A stretch of 64,000 bases of DNA, taken from positions 96,001-160,000 of the forward strand of contig JBGAHS010000001.1 in NCBI GenBank assembly GCA_044226015.1. The letters run 5' to 3'. Of the stretch, positions 47,250 to 58,127 are shown piece after piece. Below the pieces are notes generated by a model. That model did not search any database. It saw only the letters and a program-made list of their open reading frames with translations, and was not told where the DNA came from. Position 1 is the first letter of the stretch; every line of letters starts with the position of its first letter. The DNA is from Candidatus Obscuribacteraceae bacterium (GTDB taxonomy: Bacteria > Cyanobacteriota > Vampirovibrionia > Obscuribacterales > Obscuribacteraceae). The position numbers and the translations under genes were made by a program.

Positions 47250-50200
47250 ATGAGCAAAGCCAAGTTTTACTGCACGCTTCTAGCGTTGATGCACATCTTT
47301 CCGCTTGCCGCGCGCGCGCAGGGGCGTCCTGGCTCGACTCTTACGCCTGCCACAAATTTGAATTTGTCATCTACGCAACAAAATGTTCCTGCTTCAAGTT
47401 CTGGTTCCATCATGGTTGGAGGTCATGCCAGCCACGGTTCGATCGTGGGTGCCACAACAGTTCCGATTGCTAAAGGGCAGCTACTCACGCCTGCTGAAAA
47501 CTTGGCTCTGTCGCAGGCTCTAGCCGGTACGCAGAGACTTATTCTCGACGCAACGGGCGCGGCAATTGCTGGGCGGGTTGCCGTGTCGCCGATGGTGAAT
47601 AATAATTCGATTTTTGTTGGAACTAGTCTCTCTTCAATTGTAGTGCCGAAGGGGGTAACTCTCAGTGCGATAGGTTTCAATGGTGGTTCGCCAATGAATG
47701 TCGCTGGAGACGCAAGTATTTCCGGAAAGGTCTACGCTCTGCAAACTCTTCCTGGTTTGAGCGCGGTTTTGAATTTTGCCAATGATTTGAGAGTAGAAGC
47801 TGGCGGAGTCTTAAGTGCGCTTGCTCCTGCTGGTGCAAGTTTCGCGGGTCTGTTCTCGTCTCAAAATCTCAACATCAATGTTGCGAATAATCTAGTAAAT
47901 GCAGGCACTATAAGGAGTGGCGGAGAGCTAAATCTAAATGTTGGTGGGGTTCTCTCAAATATTGCGACTGGGCAATCTGTTGGAACGCTGCAAGCTCAGA
48001 ACCTCAACATATTCAGTACCTCAGGGACCATTGTGAATTCTGGGTTGATGAATGCTCTCGACTCGGTTTCGATCACGACATCGAATGCAAGCGGCAGATT
48101 AAGCATAAACAACAATAGCGGAGTCATTCAAGCGCTCAACAGCATCGCGTTGGGCGGAGCTTCTAATTTGAGTGCCGTAAGTTTAAAGGTCGATGGAGGG
48201 AGTTTGCTCAGTGACCAGTTGAATATTGTCGCTGGAACTGGAACAGTCGAACTTTCTGTTAACAACATTTCAGGGCAGACGAACCTGTCTGCTGGATGCG
48301 CTTATGTTTATACAAAAGATGCTCCGATGCTGAGACTTGGCAAAATTGATATTTCTGGAGACCCGACGTTTTGGAATGCGGGAGGCGATGTCACCATTGG
48401 CGGTGACATCACATATTCGTCTGCTGACATAGGAATAATTGCTAGCAGAGACATCTATACGACAGGTGGCGGCACCTATAAGCTTGATTCCAACAGCTCA
48501 GGCACTGGCTCTGGTTCTATAACTCTTATTGCTGGTGCCAATATTACGACACCTGGTTCAGGGTCTGCCGACAATTCAACTACCGTAAGCTACAAGGGCG
48601 CAAGTAGCACCGGTGGTAACATCATTCTCGAAACTGGCGTGACAGATTCTTTCGGGAATACCTCCTCAGGTTCAGTTTCACTTATAAGCACCAGTAGTTC
48701 AGCAAACGCCGGCAACATTAAGCTGATTGCGTTCGGCAATAGTTCTCATGGTGGTGCCATTGCTGCGTCATCGACCGCATTGCAATCTTCCAGCGCTGCT
48801 GGAAACAATAACGGCAGTGTTACAGTTATCGGTGGTGATACGTCTGCTGAGAACATTGGCGTTCGTCTGGGTTCTGTTGATGCATCTGGTGGTACCGGTG
48901 TTGGTTCGGGAACTGTGGCTTTGGCTAATGCCTCAGTTAACGATAACGGTGGTGGTAGTGTTACTGATGGTGCCTTGACTGGCACATTCACCGCCGGTGC
49001 CTTGCAGACGGTTGGAGTTTCGACAGAGTCAATTGTGGCTTACGGAAACATCACTGTCTCAGCGGCTTCGTCGTCTATGACTATCAAGTCTGTGGCGAGC
49101 TCGACAGGCACTGTGACGCTTCAGAATAGTGGCGGGATAACTGTAACGAAGACGGTGCAAGCTGGCGGTGATGTTTTTGTAAGCGCGAACGGTGATTCCA
49201 ATTCGAAAATTTCAATTTCGTCAGGAGCTACAGTCAGCAGCAAGAGTGGAACTGTCACTTTAGACACCGCATACTTAGAAAATAACGGAGTTGTAGGCGG
49301 TGATGCTGCAACCGGCGTGAAGGTGCAAAACTCTAATGGCGTTTCGCTCTCCATCGCAGGTGTGGGCACATTGAACTCTGGCAAAGCAGGTTCTAACACC
49401 GCAATTTCAACGATTTTTCTCACACTGATTGATGGTATGAAGCAAACTGTTTCTAACGGAAATTCAGTGGCTATTTCTGCTGGCTACGCTCAGGTCAGCG
49501 GGACATCAGAGTTTGTAGGCACGGGCAAATTGACAATGCCTGGTTTGGCCAATGCCACTGGAGATGGAACCCTAAAAACTGGTGGCGATGCTGATATTGC
49601 GTTGGGTGACTTTGCAAGTGTTACTCTTGGCGTTGCGCTGTATGCTCAGGGAACAATAAACATTAGGCTTAATAGTGGCTTTGAAAGCTCCAAACCTGCG
49701 GGCACCACTTTTCTTGCGTCTGACAAACAAATCAATATTGAGCTCGCGTGTTGTTCTTCAATCTACGGGGTCAGTGCACCAGAAATTTCCTTTGATGTAA
49801 GCAGTAATATAGATTTATTGATCACCACGCCTGGCACCACAACGATCGCAGGTAATTTTAATGATAACGGCGGAAATATCCGTTCCAACAACAGCGTCAT
49901 TGTTGGAACCGTGAATGGTATCAACGGGATTACCAACGTCAATCAAATTTTGTTTATCGACACATCGTTAGGGACTGGTTCTCTTACGGTGAATCAGCCA
50001 GTTAGTCCGAGTGGTGAGACCATACTAAATTTGAGTTCTGCGGACTTGACCATCAACGTGCCAATTACCGGCTATCACAGTGTCGGTCTGGTTGGTGATT
50101 CAATTAAGCTGGGTGCTTCAGCTTTTATATCCACAACTCATGCTGTTGGAATTGCACCTTTAACCGCGGGACGTGACGTGTCTCTGAATGGCTCTGCACC

Positions 50201-53200
50201 TGGGGAATTATCTCTCAGTTCGGGATTTCTTTCAAAAATTACGACGCAACAACTGTTTTGTTGTGCCCCCACAACACTTTTTATTATGCCTACGGCGAGT
50301 TCCGCGGGCTCGATTACCCTGAGAAGTGATTTGGATTTGTCTGGCGGTTCTGCAACTGCTTATCCCGGCGACATCCCTGGAAACTACCAGCTTACACTTT
50401 TCGTAAACGATGCATTCCATCAAAACGGTCATTCTATAAAAGTCGGGCAGTCCTCCGGATTATCAATTTATCCTTTGAACTTTCTACAACAGGGAACAGT
50501 TGAATTGAATTCAATTTCCGGACCAGTGGATTCGGCTTTCACCCTGGGCAATTTCAAAACATTAGTTTTCAATGCTGGTACCTTTAAGGGTCTGGTATGG
50601 GATATGACTGTGGTTGCCAAAGATCCGATTCAAGTGAATGGTGATGTAACCTTCGATACGAGTTTAAGCGTTGGGTCGCGAATTGTTGCCGGCTCTGCAG
50701 CGCCGTCATTGCATTTCTTGCAGCAAAGCACCATTAATGGTGATGTCGATCTCAGGTTCGCTGATAGTGATGGGGGCAGCTTTGAGTTCGTTGCAGGCAG
50801 CATCAATGGTTCTATTCTGACTGATGGAGCAGCGGGGAAAAAGGCTGGCAACGTTTCGTTTTCCGGCAATTACCTGCAGGGCAGTATTTCTGCCGCTGGT
50901 GCTGGAGCCACACCTGGAACTGTAGCGATAGTTGAAGCAGGTTCATTGCGCATAGCCAATGATGCAAGCTCAACCATTCAGTCTATTAGCGGTGGAAAAG
51001 TGTCTTTGTTTGCACAGTTGGGAATTGAAGTACTGGGAAGTGCTCTAACTAGCACAAGTTTGGAAATTTATTCGCAGACCAAGCTCTCTGTTTTGAAAGG
51101 GTCCCCGTTATCTTCCTCTGGAGATGTGACCTTACGGGCCGAACAGATTATTAGCACAGAGCAAATTATTGCAGGCAGTGGAAGTGGCAATTTAACTGTA
51201 GCTCCGTTTCTTGATAATTCCACTATTGGTATTAATGCTGGTGCAGGAACCTTCCAAGTCTCTTCGTCTTTGACTTCTTTGTTCTCCGCCGGGAAAGTAA
51301 CGATTGGCACCGCGAATGGGGTCGGCGCAATAGAGTTAAATTCTGTGGGCGGGTCATTCAAGGCTCCGTGGAATCTGTCAATTCTGAGTGCTACTAATAG
51401 CGCGACAAACAGTTTCAAGAACAATGGTGTCATTGATGTGGCAGCGCACGATCTTACAGTGCAGGTGGGAGGTCAGGTTTTAACTGGACAGATTACTTCT
51501 GCAAACACCGCCAGCATAAATGTCACGGCCAGTAAATTTACTGTTGGATCGAAAGAATCTGTTTCTAGCGGGGCTATTCAAATATCGGGAGCCGCAGGCT
51601 CTAGTCTTGAAATTGATAACGCGGGAAAAATTTCATCCACTGGTGCTGGCGGCATAACTGTGTCCAGCGCGGCAGGAAGCGACATCAAGTTCACTTCGAA
51701 GACGGGAACCTTCAGTTCGCCTTCGGGTCTGGTGATTGCTCTGGTTCCTCTTGCAAATACCCCGAACAAAGTCGAATTTGCAGCAAATCAATCTTTGTTC
51801 GCTAACACAACTGTGAATGCTAGCTCTGGCGGGCAATCTGTCGTGATAGATGCTGGGGTCAAAATCAATCTGCCAAGCAACTATACTATGACTGTAAATA
51901 CCAGTGATTTCTCGAGTTCGGGCAGTGTAGGCCCTGGCAAACTGATCTTAAATAGCACCGTTCCTGCGGTCTATCAAAATCCTAGTGGCTCTGTGACCCT
52001 GAGCAATTTCCATTTTACCGGGCCTTCGCTGACAATAATTGCAAGTCAGGATATCATCGTAAGTGGCACCAAAAACTCAGTCACTATTGATGAGGGGTCA
52101 GGAAATAGCGGACCTATTTTACTGCTCGCCGGATATCAGTATACTGAGTCGTTACTTTCAGGTAGTCCGCTATTCACTATTGTTTCTGCATCTTCGAAGC
52201 CTGGAAAAATTTCTATGGGTAGCCTTGGGCTTAGCACCATCGCGGCTAACTCGTCGGGGAATGTAAGTGCCATCGCCAGCGGAAGCATCTCTCTGGGAGC
52301 TGTGAACGCAACTTCACCGGGGACGGCTGGTTCAGTTAGCATTCTTGGGAATGGAATTTCGGTTGGCGATGTTAAGTCTGGAGGTTCTGTTTCAGGCTCT
52401 GTTTCCATCTCTTCCGGAACTGTTGCTTCTGTTGGATCCGTGCAGGTCTCTGCAGGCAAAATAAGCAGCGGAGCCTTTCAAACAGCTACACCAGGCGGAA
52501 ACATATCGCTCAAGTCCATAAATGCTGGGTCTGGGTCTGTTTCATTGTTAACTGGTGGTTCTGGCAATATCTCGCAATCGCAGCCCGTTAGTTGTGGCTA
52601 TCTTTCTGTCACCACGGGCAGTGCTGGTGTAAATCTAAAGGTTGCAGCTGATAAGGTAGCTGTTCATACTGGCGGTAGTGCCACCATAACCAACACAGTC
52701 CAGATGGATTTTGCTGATTCCAATGTTGCGGGAAGTTTGAAGCTTACTTCGAGTGGTGCTGTTGTTGCTGGTGCTGCGGCGCTTGTGGCAGGGAAAGACC
52801 TGAAAATTAGTGCTGCGCTTGTAACTCTTTCGGGGACTACTCTAAGCTCGAACAACGGTTCGATCTCGGTCGAGAGTCAAAAAGGTTTAGCATTAACGAT
52901 TGGCGACAATTGCAGCATCAAAGCTGCGAAGAGTGTTTCGCTAACAGCGTTAGATGTTCAATTCTCAGATAATGTGTCGATTTCAGCTGGGAATAATGTT
53001 GCTATTACTGCATCAGGAAGCGACTCGTTTATTTATTTTGGTAATGCAAATACCATTACGGCAGGCACATTGAATAAAGCATCCACGATTCCAGTCTCTC
53101 CTTTGCCGCTCGTGAAAACTAGCAACCCTGCGACCTCAAACATAGGCAGTGCTGGTTATATAAAAATGAGTGCTTCCGGAACTCAGGGTATTTCAGGATT

Positions 53201-54929
53201 GTCCGGCAACACCTTTACGAGTAACGGTGGCGATATTAATTTCACGTCCAGCAAGGGCGATATCAGTCTGGGAGATTCGAGTACGGTCCAGGTTAATGGC
53301 GGGTCTCTGATTATGTCAGCTAAAGGTGCTTCGGTTGATATCGGAAAAAATACTGTAGGTAGTTCGCTGACCGCACGAACTCTGAATAACGCCAGTGGAA
53401 ACGTGACCATAACTGGACAAAATCTGACTTTGAGTAAAGTCGATATCGCAGCAGGTTCTTCCGTGTCAATCACATCAACTCCTGTTTCTGGTAAGACTTT
53501 GAGTAGTGCAACAATTGTTGGTGGTACCTTGCAGTCCAACAAAACTGTTGCATTGTCAGCTAATGGAGTTAGTGGAACTCTGAGTGTGGGCGATAACACC
53601 ACCATTGTTACGGGAGTTACGTTTGGCTCGGCTATAGGAGCTGGTGGGCTCAATTTGAGTTCAGGTGGAACAGTACAAATCGGCAGCAAATCAAGTCTAT
53701 CCTCTAATGGTGGAGATTTGAAAGTTGTCGCTAACAATGGTGACGTGCAGATTGGCTCACAAAACAGTTTTGTGGCAACGGGTGGCAATATTTTGGTTTT
53801 TGCCAAGGCTGATATCGAAGGACAGAATTCTAACAGTTTTCACGCCACCGCTAGTGGTAGTCCCTCCGCTCCCGCGCAGAGCAAGGGCGGTGGAATAGAA
53901 ATTGGTGCTGGTTTGACTTCTAGTACAAATCTCAACGCAGCGATGAATAAGCATAATGTGGGAACTGGCGTAAATCCTCCAGCAGGCGCACTGGGCGCGG
54001 GGGTAGTGTATGGACCTTCGAACAATAAAGGTGGAGTGATACAAGCTAATGTCAGTGGCGCGGGTAGTTTCATTAACCTGAATGCTGGTGCTAATGGACC
54101 TTCCACGTTGTTATTGAACAAGGGTGCGCAAGTATTTGATTCGAAAAATGGAAGTCACGTGAACTTAGACCATTCGAGTTTTCAGACGGATGCTTTCAAG
54201 CCCATAGGGATGACTGAGTCTTCTATGCTAGAACGCGTTTCAAGCTATGAGCTTGAACCCGATAGGAGCATAACTACTGGCGCAGGATTAGCAGAAGTGC
54301 ACATAGTCGAGGGTCGCGATGGTTCTCGTAACTGCGAGTTGCTGATCTCCACTAAGCCAAGTGGAAAGAACTCAACAGTCATTGGCAGGATCTTTTCAGC
54401 CTCTAATAGCGAATATTCAGTTTCTAAATCTGGTGGTTTGTATGTTCATCGTGGTGAGATGTTTGCCCACATTTCGGAGAATATTCGAATTGACGCCCGA
54501 GATATTAGCATCGCGGCTCAGAAGGGTAGCGTGCTTGCTGTCAGGCTTGAAGACGATTCTACAATCGTTAGAGCTTGCACCGGCGTGGGTGAATTGTTAG
54601 TTGAAGTTGATGGACATCTAATCAGGCTTAATTCGGGAGAGGAAATCGCAATCTCTGCAGTCAGAGGTACTCGTCATTTTGCGCAACCTTTAGATGGCGT
54701 GGCAAGGCGAAATAGCAAGGTGCTGAACCTTGGCTCTCATGTTGTGAGGATCAGTGATTTTTCGATAATCTCCTTCCTTATGAAAGAACGCGCACCAAAC
54801 AGTTTGTTCCGTTCGTCCAATAAAGCAGATAAGCAGTTACTAGCAAAGGTTCTAAAGACTGCTGCAACTGTTGACACCGTATTAAAAAATCGCGGTGCGT
54901 ATTTCGTCTCGAACAATAGTAGTTTGTAG
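47250..54929 (+). CDS. giant secreted beta-helical (haemagglutinin-like) protein with FecR-like C-terminal domain
   Basis: 2559 aa, signal peptide ending AARA, Gly/Ser/Thr/Asn-rich G.I.L/I strand repeats, globular C-terminus. Confidence 0.88.
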   Translation: MSKAKFYCTLLALMHIFPLAARAQGRPGSTLTPATNLNLSSTQQNVPASSSGSIMVGGHASHGSIVGATTVPIAKGQLLTPAENLALSQALAGTQRLILDATGAAIAGRVAVSPMVNNNSIFVGTSLSSIVVPKGVTLSAIGFNGGSPMNVAGDASISGKVYALQTLPGLSAVLNFANDLRVEAGGVLSALAPAGASFAGLFSSQNLNINVANNLVNAGTIRSGGELNLNVGGVLSNIATGQSVGTLQAQNLNIFSTSGTIVNSGLMNALDSVSITTSNASGRLSINNNSGVIQALNSIALGGASNLSAVSLKVDGGSLLSDQLNIVAGTGTVELSVNNISGQTNLSAGCAYVYTKDAPMLRLGKIDISGDPTFWNAGGDVTIGGDITYSSADIGIIASRDIYTTGGGTYKLDSNSSGTGSGSITLIAGANITTPGSGSADNSTTVSYKGASSTGGNIILETGVTDSFGNTSSGSVSLISTSSSANAGNIKLIAFGNSSHGGAIAASSTALQSSSAAGNNNGSVTVIGGDTSAENIGVRLGSVDASGGTGVGSGTVALANASVNDNGGGSVTDGALTGTFTAGALQTVGVSTESIVAYGNITVSAASSSMTIKSVASSTGTVTLQNSGGITVTKTVQAGGDVFVSANGDSNSKISISSGATVSSKSGTVTLDTAYLENNGVVGGDAATGVKVQNSNGVSLSIAGVGTLNSGKAGSNTAISTIFLTLIDGMKQTVSNGNSVAISAGYAQVSGTSEFVGTGKLTMPGLANATGDGTLKTGGDADIALGDFASVTLGVALYAQGTINIRLNSGFESSKPAGTTFLASDKQINIELACCSSIYGVSAPEISFDVSSNIDLLITTPGTTTIAGNFNDNGGNIRSNNSVIVGTVNGINGITNVNQILFIDTSLGTGSLTVNQPVSPSGETILNLSSADLTINVPITGYHSVGLVGDSIKLGASAFISTTHAVGIAPLTAGRDVSLNGSAPGELSLSSGFLSKITTQQLFCCAPTTLFIMPTASSAGSITLRSDLDLSGGSATAYPGDIPGNYQLTLFVNDAFHQNGHSIKVGQSSGLSIYPLNFLQQGTVELNSISGPVDSAFTLGNFKTLVFNAGTFKGLVWDMTVVAKDPIQVNGDVTFDTSLSVGSRIVAGSAAPSLHFLQQSTINGDVDLRFADSDGGSFEFVAGSINGSILTDGAAGKKAGNVSFSGNYLQGSISAAGAGATPGTVAIVEAGSLRIANDASSTIQSISGGKVSLFAQLGIEVLGSALTSTSLEIYSQTKLSVLKGSPLSSSGDVTLRAEQIISTEQIIAGSGSGNLTVAPFLDNSTIGINAGAGTFQVSSSLTSLFSAGKVTIGTANGVGAIELNSVGGSFKAPWNLSILSATNSATNSFKNNGVIDVAAHDLTVQVGGQVLTGQITSANTASINVTASKFTVGSKESVSSGAIQISGAAGSSLEIDNAGKISSTGAGGITVSSAAGSDIKFTSKTGTFSSPSGLVIALVPLANTPNKVEFAANQSLFANTTVNASSGGQSVVIDAGVKINLPSNYTMTVNTSDFSSSGSVGPGKLILNSTVPAVYQNPSGSVTLSNFHFTGPSLTIIASQDIIVSGTKNSVTIDEGSGNSGPILLLAGYQYTESLLSGSPLFTIVSASSKPGKISMGSLGLSTIAANSSGNVSAIASGSISLGAVNATSPGTAGSVSILGNGISVGDVKSGGSVSGSVSISSGTVASVGSVQVSAGKISSGAFQTATPGGNISLKSINAGSGSVSLLTGGSGNISQSQPVSCGYLSVTTGSAGVNLKVAADKVAVHTGGSATITNTVQMDFADSNVAGSLKLTSSGAVVAGAAALVAGKDLKISAALVTLSGTTLSSNNGSISVESQKGLALTIGDNCSIKAAKSVSLTALDVQFSDNVSISAGNNVAITASGSDSFIYFGNANTITAGTLNKASTIPVSPLPLVKTSNPATSNIGSAGYIKMSASGTQGISGLSGNTFTSNGGDINFTSSKGDISLGDSSTVQVNGGSLIMSAKGASVDIGKNTVGSSLTARTLNNASGNVTITGQNLTLSKVDIAAGSSVSITSTPVSGKTLSSATIVGGTLQSNKTVALSANGVSGTLSVGDNTTIVTGVTFGSAIGAGGLNLSSGGTVQIGSKSSLSSNGGDLKVVANNGDVQIGSQNSFVATGGNILVFAKADIEGQNSNSFHATASGSPSAPAQSKGGGIEIGAGLTSSTNLNAAMNKHNVGTGVNPPAGALGAGVVYGPSNNKGGVIQANVSGAGSFINLNAGANGPSTLLLNKGAQVFDSKNGSHVNLDHSSFQTDAFKPIGMTESSMLERVSSYELEPDRSITTGAGLAEVHIVEGRDGSRNCELLISTKPSGKNSTVIGRIFSASNSEYSVSKSGGLYVHRGEMFAHISENIRIDARDISIAAQKGSVLAVRLEDDSTIVRACTGVGELLVEVDGHLIRLNSGEEIAISAVRGTRHFAQPLDGVARRNSKVLNLGSHVVRISDFSIISFLMKERAPNSLFRSSNKADKQLLAKVLKTAATVDTVLKNRGAYFVSNNSSL

Positions 54930-54943
54930 AGGTTAGAGAGAGA

Positions 54944-55687
54944 ATGCCCGACGAGATGTTTTGGCAAGTGCACAGTGGACTGCCACGCGAAGGTCCTGGC
55001 GACAACGATTCTACAGGTAGAGCTTTTGCAATGATGGCCGCGCTGCCGTCAACACCCTGTATATTGGATATTGCGTGTGGACCGGGCATGCAGACTATAC
55101 ATCTGGCGCAAATCAGCAAAGGAAAAGTCACGGCGGTAGACAATCATCAGCCATTTCTTGATGAGCTTAATAAGCGTGCCAGAGAGGCTCGAATTGACGA
55201 GCAAATCGAAACCGTGAATGCCTCTATGTTTGACTTGCCTTTTGCGGAAAATTCATTTGATGTAATATGGTGTGAGGGTGCTCTCTATATGATGGGCATC
55301 GAAGGTGCTCTATCAGGCTGGCGAAGGTTTTTGAAGTCGCAGGCTTATATCGCTTTTACTGAACCGGTTTTCTTGAGCAATGAAATTTCTGATGAGGTGC
55401 GTAAGCACTGGGTGGATGATTACCCACTAATGGGTGATGTCGAAAATGCCTTGGGTATAATTGCATCTGCCGGATACGCCACAATTGGTCATTTTACTAT
55501 TCCAGATGAGTCCTGGTGGCATGACTATTACAATCCAATGCAGCTGCGGATAAATCAGCTGCGCGAAAAATATAGCGGCGACCCTGGGCGCATACTGGCA
55601 CTCGATGATGCACAGAAGGAAATAGATGCACATCGCAAATTTGGCGCTGCATACGGCTATGAGTTCTTTGTCGTGCAAAAACAATAA
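54944..55687 (+). CDS. class I SAM-dependent methyltransferase
   Basis: ILDIACGPG, VTAVD, FDVIWCEGA. Confidence 0.93.
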   Translation: MPDEMFWQVHSGLPREGPGDNDSTGRAFAMMAALPSTPCILDIACGPGMQTIHLAQISKGKVTAVDNHQPFLDELNKRAREARIDEQIETVNASMFDLPFAENSFDVIWCEGALYMMGIEGALSGWRRFLKSQAYIAFTEPVFLSNEISDEVRKHWVDDYPLMGDVENALGIIASAGYATIGHFTIPDESWWHDYYNPMQLRINQLREKYSGDPGRILALDDAQKEIDAHRKFGAAYGYEFFVVQKQ

Positions 55688-55790
55688 ATCTAGCTGACCC
55701 TGGGGCTTAATTCAATCTAGCCGACCCTGGGGCTTAATTCAATCTAGCCGACCAGAGACTTATTCAGGCTAGCGACCTGAGGCGGAATTG
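55687..55790. repeat. 27-bp intergenic tandem repeat (2 near-perfect + 2 decayed copies)
   Basis: AATCTAGC(T/C)GACCCTGGGGCTTAATTC at 55687 and 55714, decayed copies at 55741 and 55766. Confidence 0.9.
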
Positions 55791-55806
55791 GATTTGAGCA
55801 ACAAGT

Positions 55807-57063
55807 TCAGTGTTTGAACAATCCAAAGAATGTTGCGGCGCCAAGAGCGATTAGTAGCACCACCATAATGGCTAAGACAGTTCCGCCTATCATGAGTGCC
55901 TTTTGCATTTTTTGAATTGCAAGACCTTGCTCCATCTCGGCTTGCTGCATTCGCAAGAGTGCTTCGAGCTGCGCGTGCAATTGAGCAATGCTGTCTGCTC
56001 TATAACTTGGATCTTTCTCAAGACATTTCTCGACTAAAGCCTCCAGTTGTTTAGGGCGCGTGTTGTCAAACTTCGCATCGCAAATTCGTGGGGGTAATTT
56101 TAGCGCATGCAAATTCTTTATCTCGCGCGCATTGCCGTCACTGAAAGGTGCCTGTCCCGTAAGAAGCAAATAACCGATGCTTCCAATCGAGTAAATTTCA
56201 GATCTTTCGGTGTAGTCCATGTTTCTTGCTTCATCAGCAGAGATATAAAACAGATCTCTAGCATCAGCGGCATCTTCCAAAACATCGCCTTTGTACATAG
56301 CAAAATCGGTTAACAAAATTGTCGGGTCTGAATTTCTATCGTCGTAGAAAAGCACGTTGCCAGGCTTTATATTCCGATGGAGAATACCTTGCTTTTGAGC
56401 TGCAAGAATTGCTTCGCATATTCCAGCCATTATCTTTGTGCTCACGTCATGGCTTGGAGTTCCATAACACGCTAAGCATTGTTCAAGATTCATTGCTTCT
56501 TTGTAATCGGTCACCACATATGGTGTGCCGGCGCTGCTCATTCCGAAGTCGATGATTTTTACAATGCTGCTGTGATTAAGCTGTTGTAGTTTCTTTGACT
56601 CGTTCAGGAATGAAGCTTGCAATGCTGCTGGTAAGCGCTTGAAGCACTTCACCGCGACTTTTCCGCCGCGTACTTTATCTCTCGCTAGAATTACTGTGGC
56701 TCTTCCACCGTCGCCCAGAATTCCAATTGGCGAATATCGCTCTAAAGGAAAGTTTGCCGCAGTCATTCTTAGAGAAGCAATGTCAAACTCAAGCGCGTCC
56801 TTCTCTGTTGCTTTAATTTGGGATGGAGCTTTTCTTGCTGCAGGATTCAAACACGAGCATATTCCGCTGACTGCCTGCATGGTATTTGCAGCTGGTGGAA
56901 CTGGCTGTTTGCAGGTATCGCAGACATCGAGTGAAAACCTGGTACTGGGCGAATATGGACGGTCGCATCTACAGTTGGAAAACCACTGTGAATCTATTTG
57001 ATTTGTTGGACCGGGCTTTGGTCGAAAACAAGTCTTGCATTTTTCGACAGTAGCAATCTCCAT
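55807..57063 (-). CDS. Ser/Thr kinase-like protein (probable pseudokinase) with Cys-rich N-terminus and C-terminal TM
   Basis: GDGG, VAVK, HRNIKPGN, DFA, SADE; CxxC/CxC clusters. Confidence 0.88.
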   Translation of the reverse strand: MEIATVEKCKTCFRPKPGPTNQIDSQWFSNCRCDRPYSPSTRFSLDVCDTCKQPVPPAANTMQAVSGICSCLNPAARKAPSQIKATEKDALEFDIASLRMTAANFPLERYSPIGILGDGGRATVILARDKVRGGKVAVKCFKRLPAALQASFLNESKKLQQLNHSSIVKIIDFGMSSAGTPYVVTDYKEAMNLEQCLACYGTPSHDVSTKIMAGICEAILAAQKQGILHRNIKPGNVLFYDDRNSDPTILLTDFAMYKGDVLEDAADARDLFYISADEARNMDYTERSEIYSIGSIGYLLLTGQAPFSDGNAREIKNLHALKLPPRICDAKFDNTRPKQLEALVEKCLEKDPSYRADSIAQLHAQLEALLRMQQAEMEQGLAIQKMQKALMIGGTVLAIMVVLLIALGAATFFGLFKH

Positions 57064-57152
57064 GGCATCTCACTCGGCATCCGTCTGTAATTTCGCATAA
57101 GATTACCACTTATCGATGAAATTTTGATTCAATAAAAGACAGATTTGTCCGT

Positions 57153-58127
57153 CTATGCTTGCTCATTTACTTGTGTTGCAGGAATATTGTTACCCAGAAA
57201 TTGCACGTGCTCCCAGAGCCATGTTCGTGTCTTTGCCGCTGCCCATTCTATGTCTCTGGCAGGAATGAATATGACAAGGCTAGCAATCATTATGTGTTCA
57301 AATATTGGAATGTTCATTGCATAGTCAATTCCAAGGTGGAGTGCAAGCAATGCCAACAAGACAAAATAACGTGTCTCGTTGAACCAGATTAGCGTCCAAC
57401 CAGCAAACTCAATGAAGAGTGCTGACCATGTGAAGAGCTTCATCAAGAAAAGATTTTGTGGAACAACCGGAACTGTAAATCTGCTGAATTCTGTATGTCT
57501 GAAAACGTAATAAAGCGCTGTTCCATCCCACCAGGTTGAGCCTGCCAATTTTGCCCAGGATGTTTGCCAGTAAATCAACGCAAATTGTAGTTGATATGCC
57601 TGCATCGCCCAAAGGCTAACCGGCTCGGGGGGTCCATCTGGCAGCGTTTTCCAAACATGCACTTTCAAGTACCGGTCAACTGATAGAGCGGCACCAAGTG
57701 GCGCAAACATCATATAAAAAGCCGCGAGCACCATTAAATGGTCGCCACTGTGGTGCACGTAAATATTTCGATGCAAAAATGAAATTAGCCCGAGGTAGAC
57801 AAGAATACTTGCTGTCCGGCTGCAGAAGCCGATGGTGAAGCACACGCAAGAAAGAATGAAGACAAGAAAAAAGGCTATCAGCCATCCATCTCCAGGTGGA
57901 AGTGTTGCTAGGAGATTTATCACAGGCACCGCGAATATGTTCTTAAGGGTGGCGACTCGGAGTATTCCATTGCTGTCGCTGAAGCAGGTGACCAATTCTG
58001 GTGCCATTAGAAAACAGTATTCCAGCAGCACAAATCCGAAGCAGATGCGGAACAAGCACAGCGGTAAAGGTGATTGAGGTTCTAGCCAGAACTGTTTTAT
58101 TTTTGAGATTAATTCAATGATGCTCAC
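57153..58127 (-). CDS. HTTM-domain membrane protein (vitamin K-dependent carboxylase-like / SdpB-like)
   Basis: L.LFRI.FG, RN..VHHSGD, ALSVDR, Q....IY....AKL....WWDGTAL, LHLGI..AMNI..F. Confidence 0.88.
   Translation of the reverse strand: MSIIELISKIKQFWLEPQSPLPLCLFRICFGFVLLEYCFLMAPELVTCFSDSNGILRVATLKNIFAVPVINLLATLPPGDGWLIAFFLVFILSCVCFTIGFCSRTASILVYLGLISFLHRNIYVHHSGDHLMVLAAFYMMFAPLGAALSVDRYLKVHVWKTLPDGPPEPVSLWAMQAYQLQFALIYWQTSWAKLAGSTWWDGTALYYVFRHTEFSRFTVPVVPQNLFLMKLFTWSALFIEFAGWTLIWFNETRYFVLLALLALHLGIDYAMNIPIFEHIMIASLVIFIPARDIEWAAAKTRTWLWEHVQFLGNNIPATQVNEQA

Noticed and set aside
47250..54929. Classical autotransporter or TpsA call
   Set aside because: No C-terminal beta-barrel ending in an aromatic residue, no NPNG TPS motif recognised, and no adjacent TpsB.
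55687..55790. Mini-CRISPR or REP element
   Set aside because: Head-to-tail units without spacers; no other copy noticed in the window.
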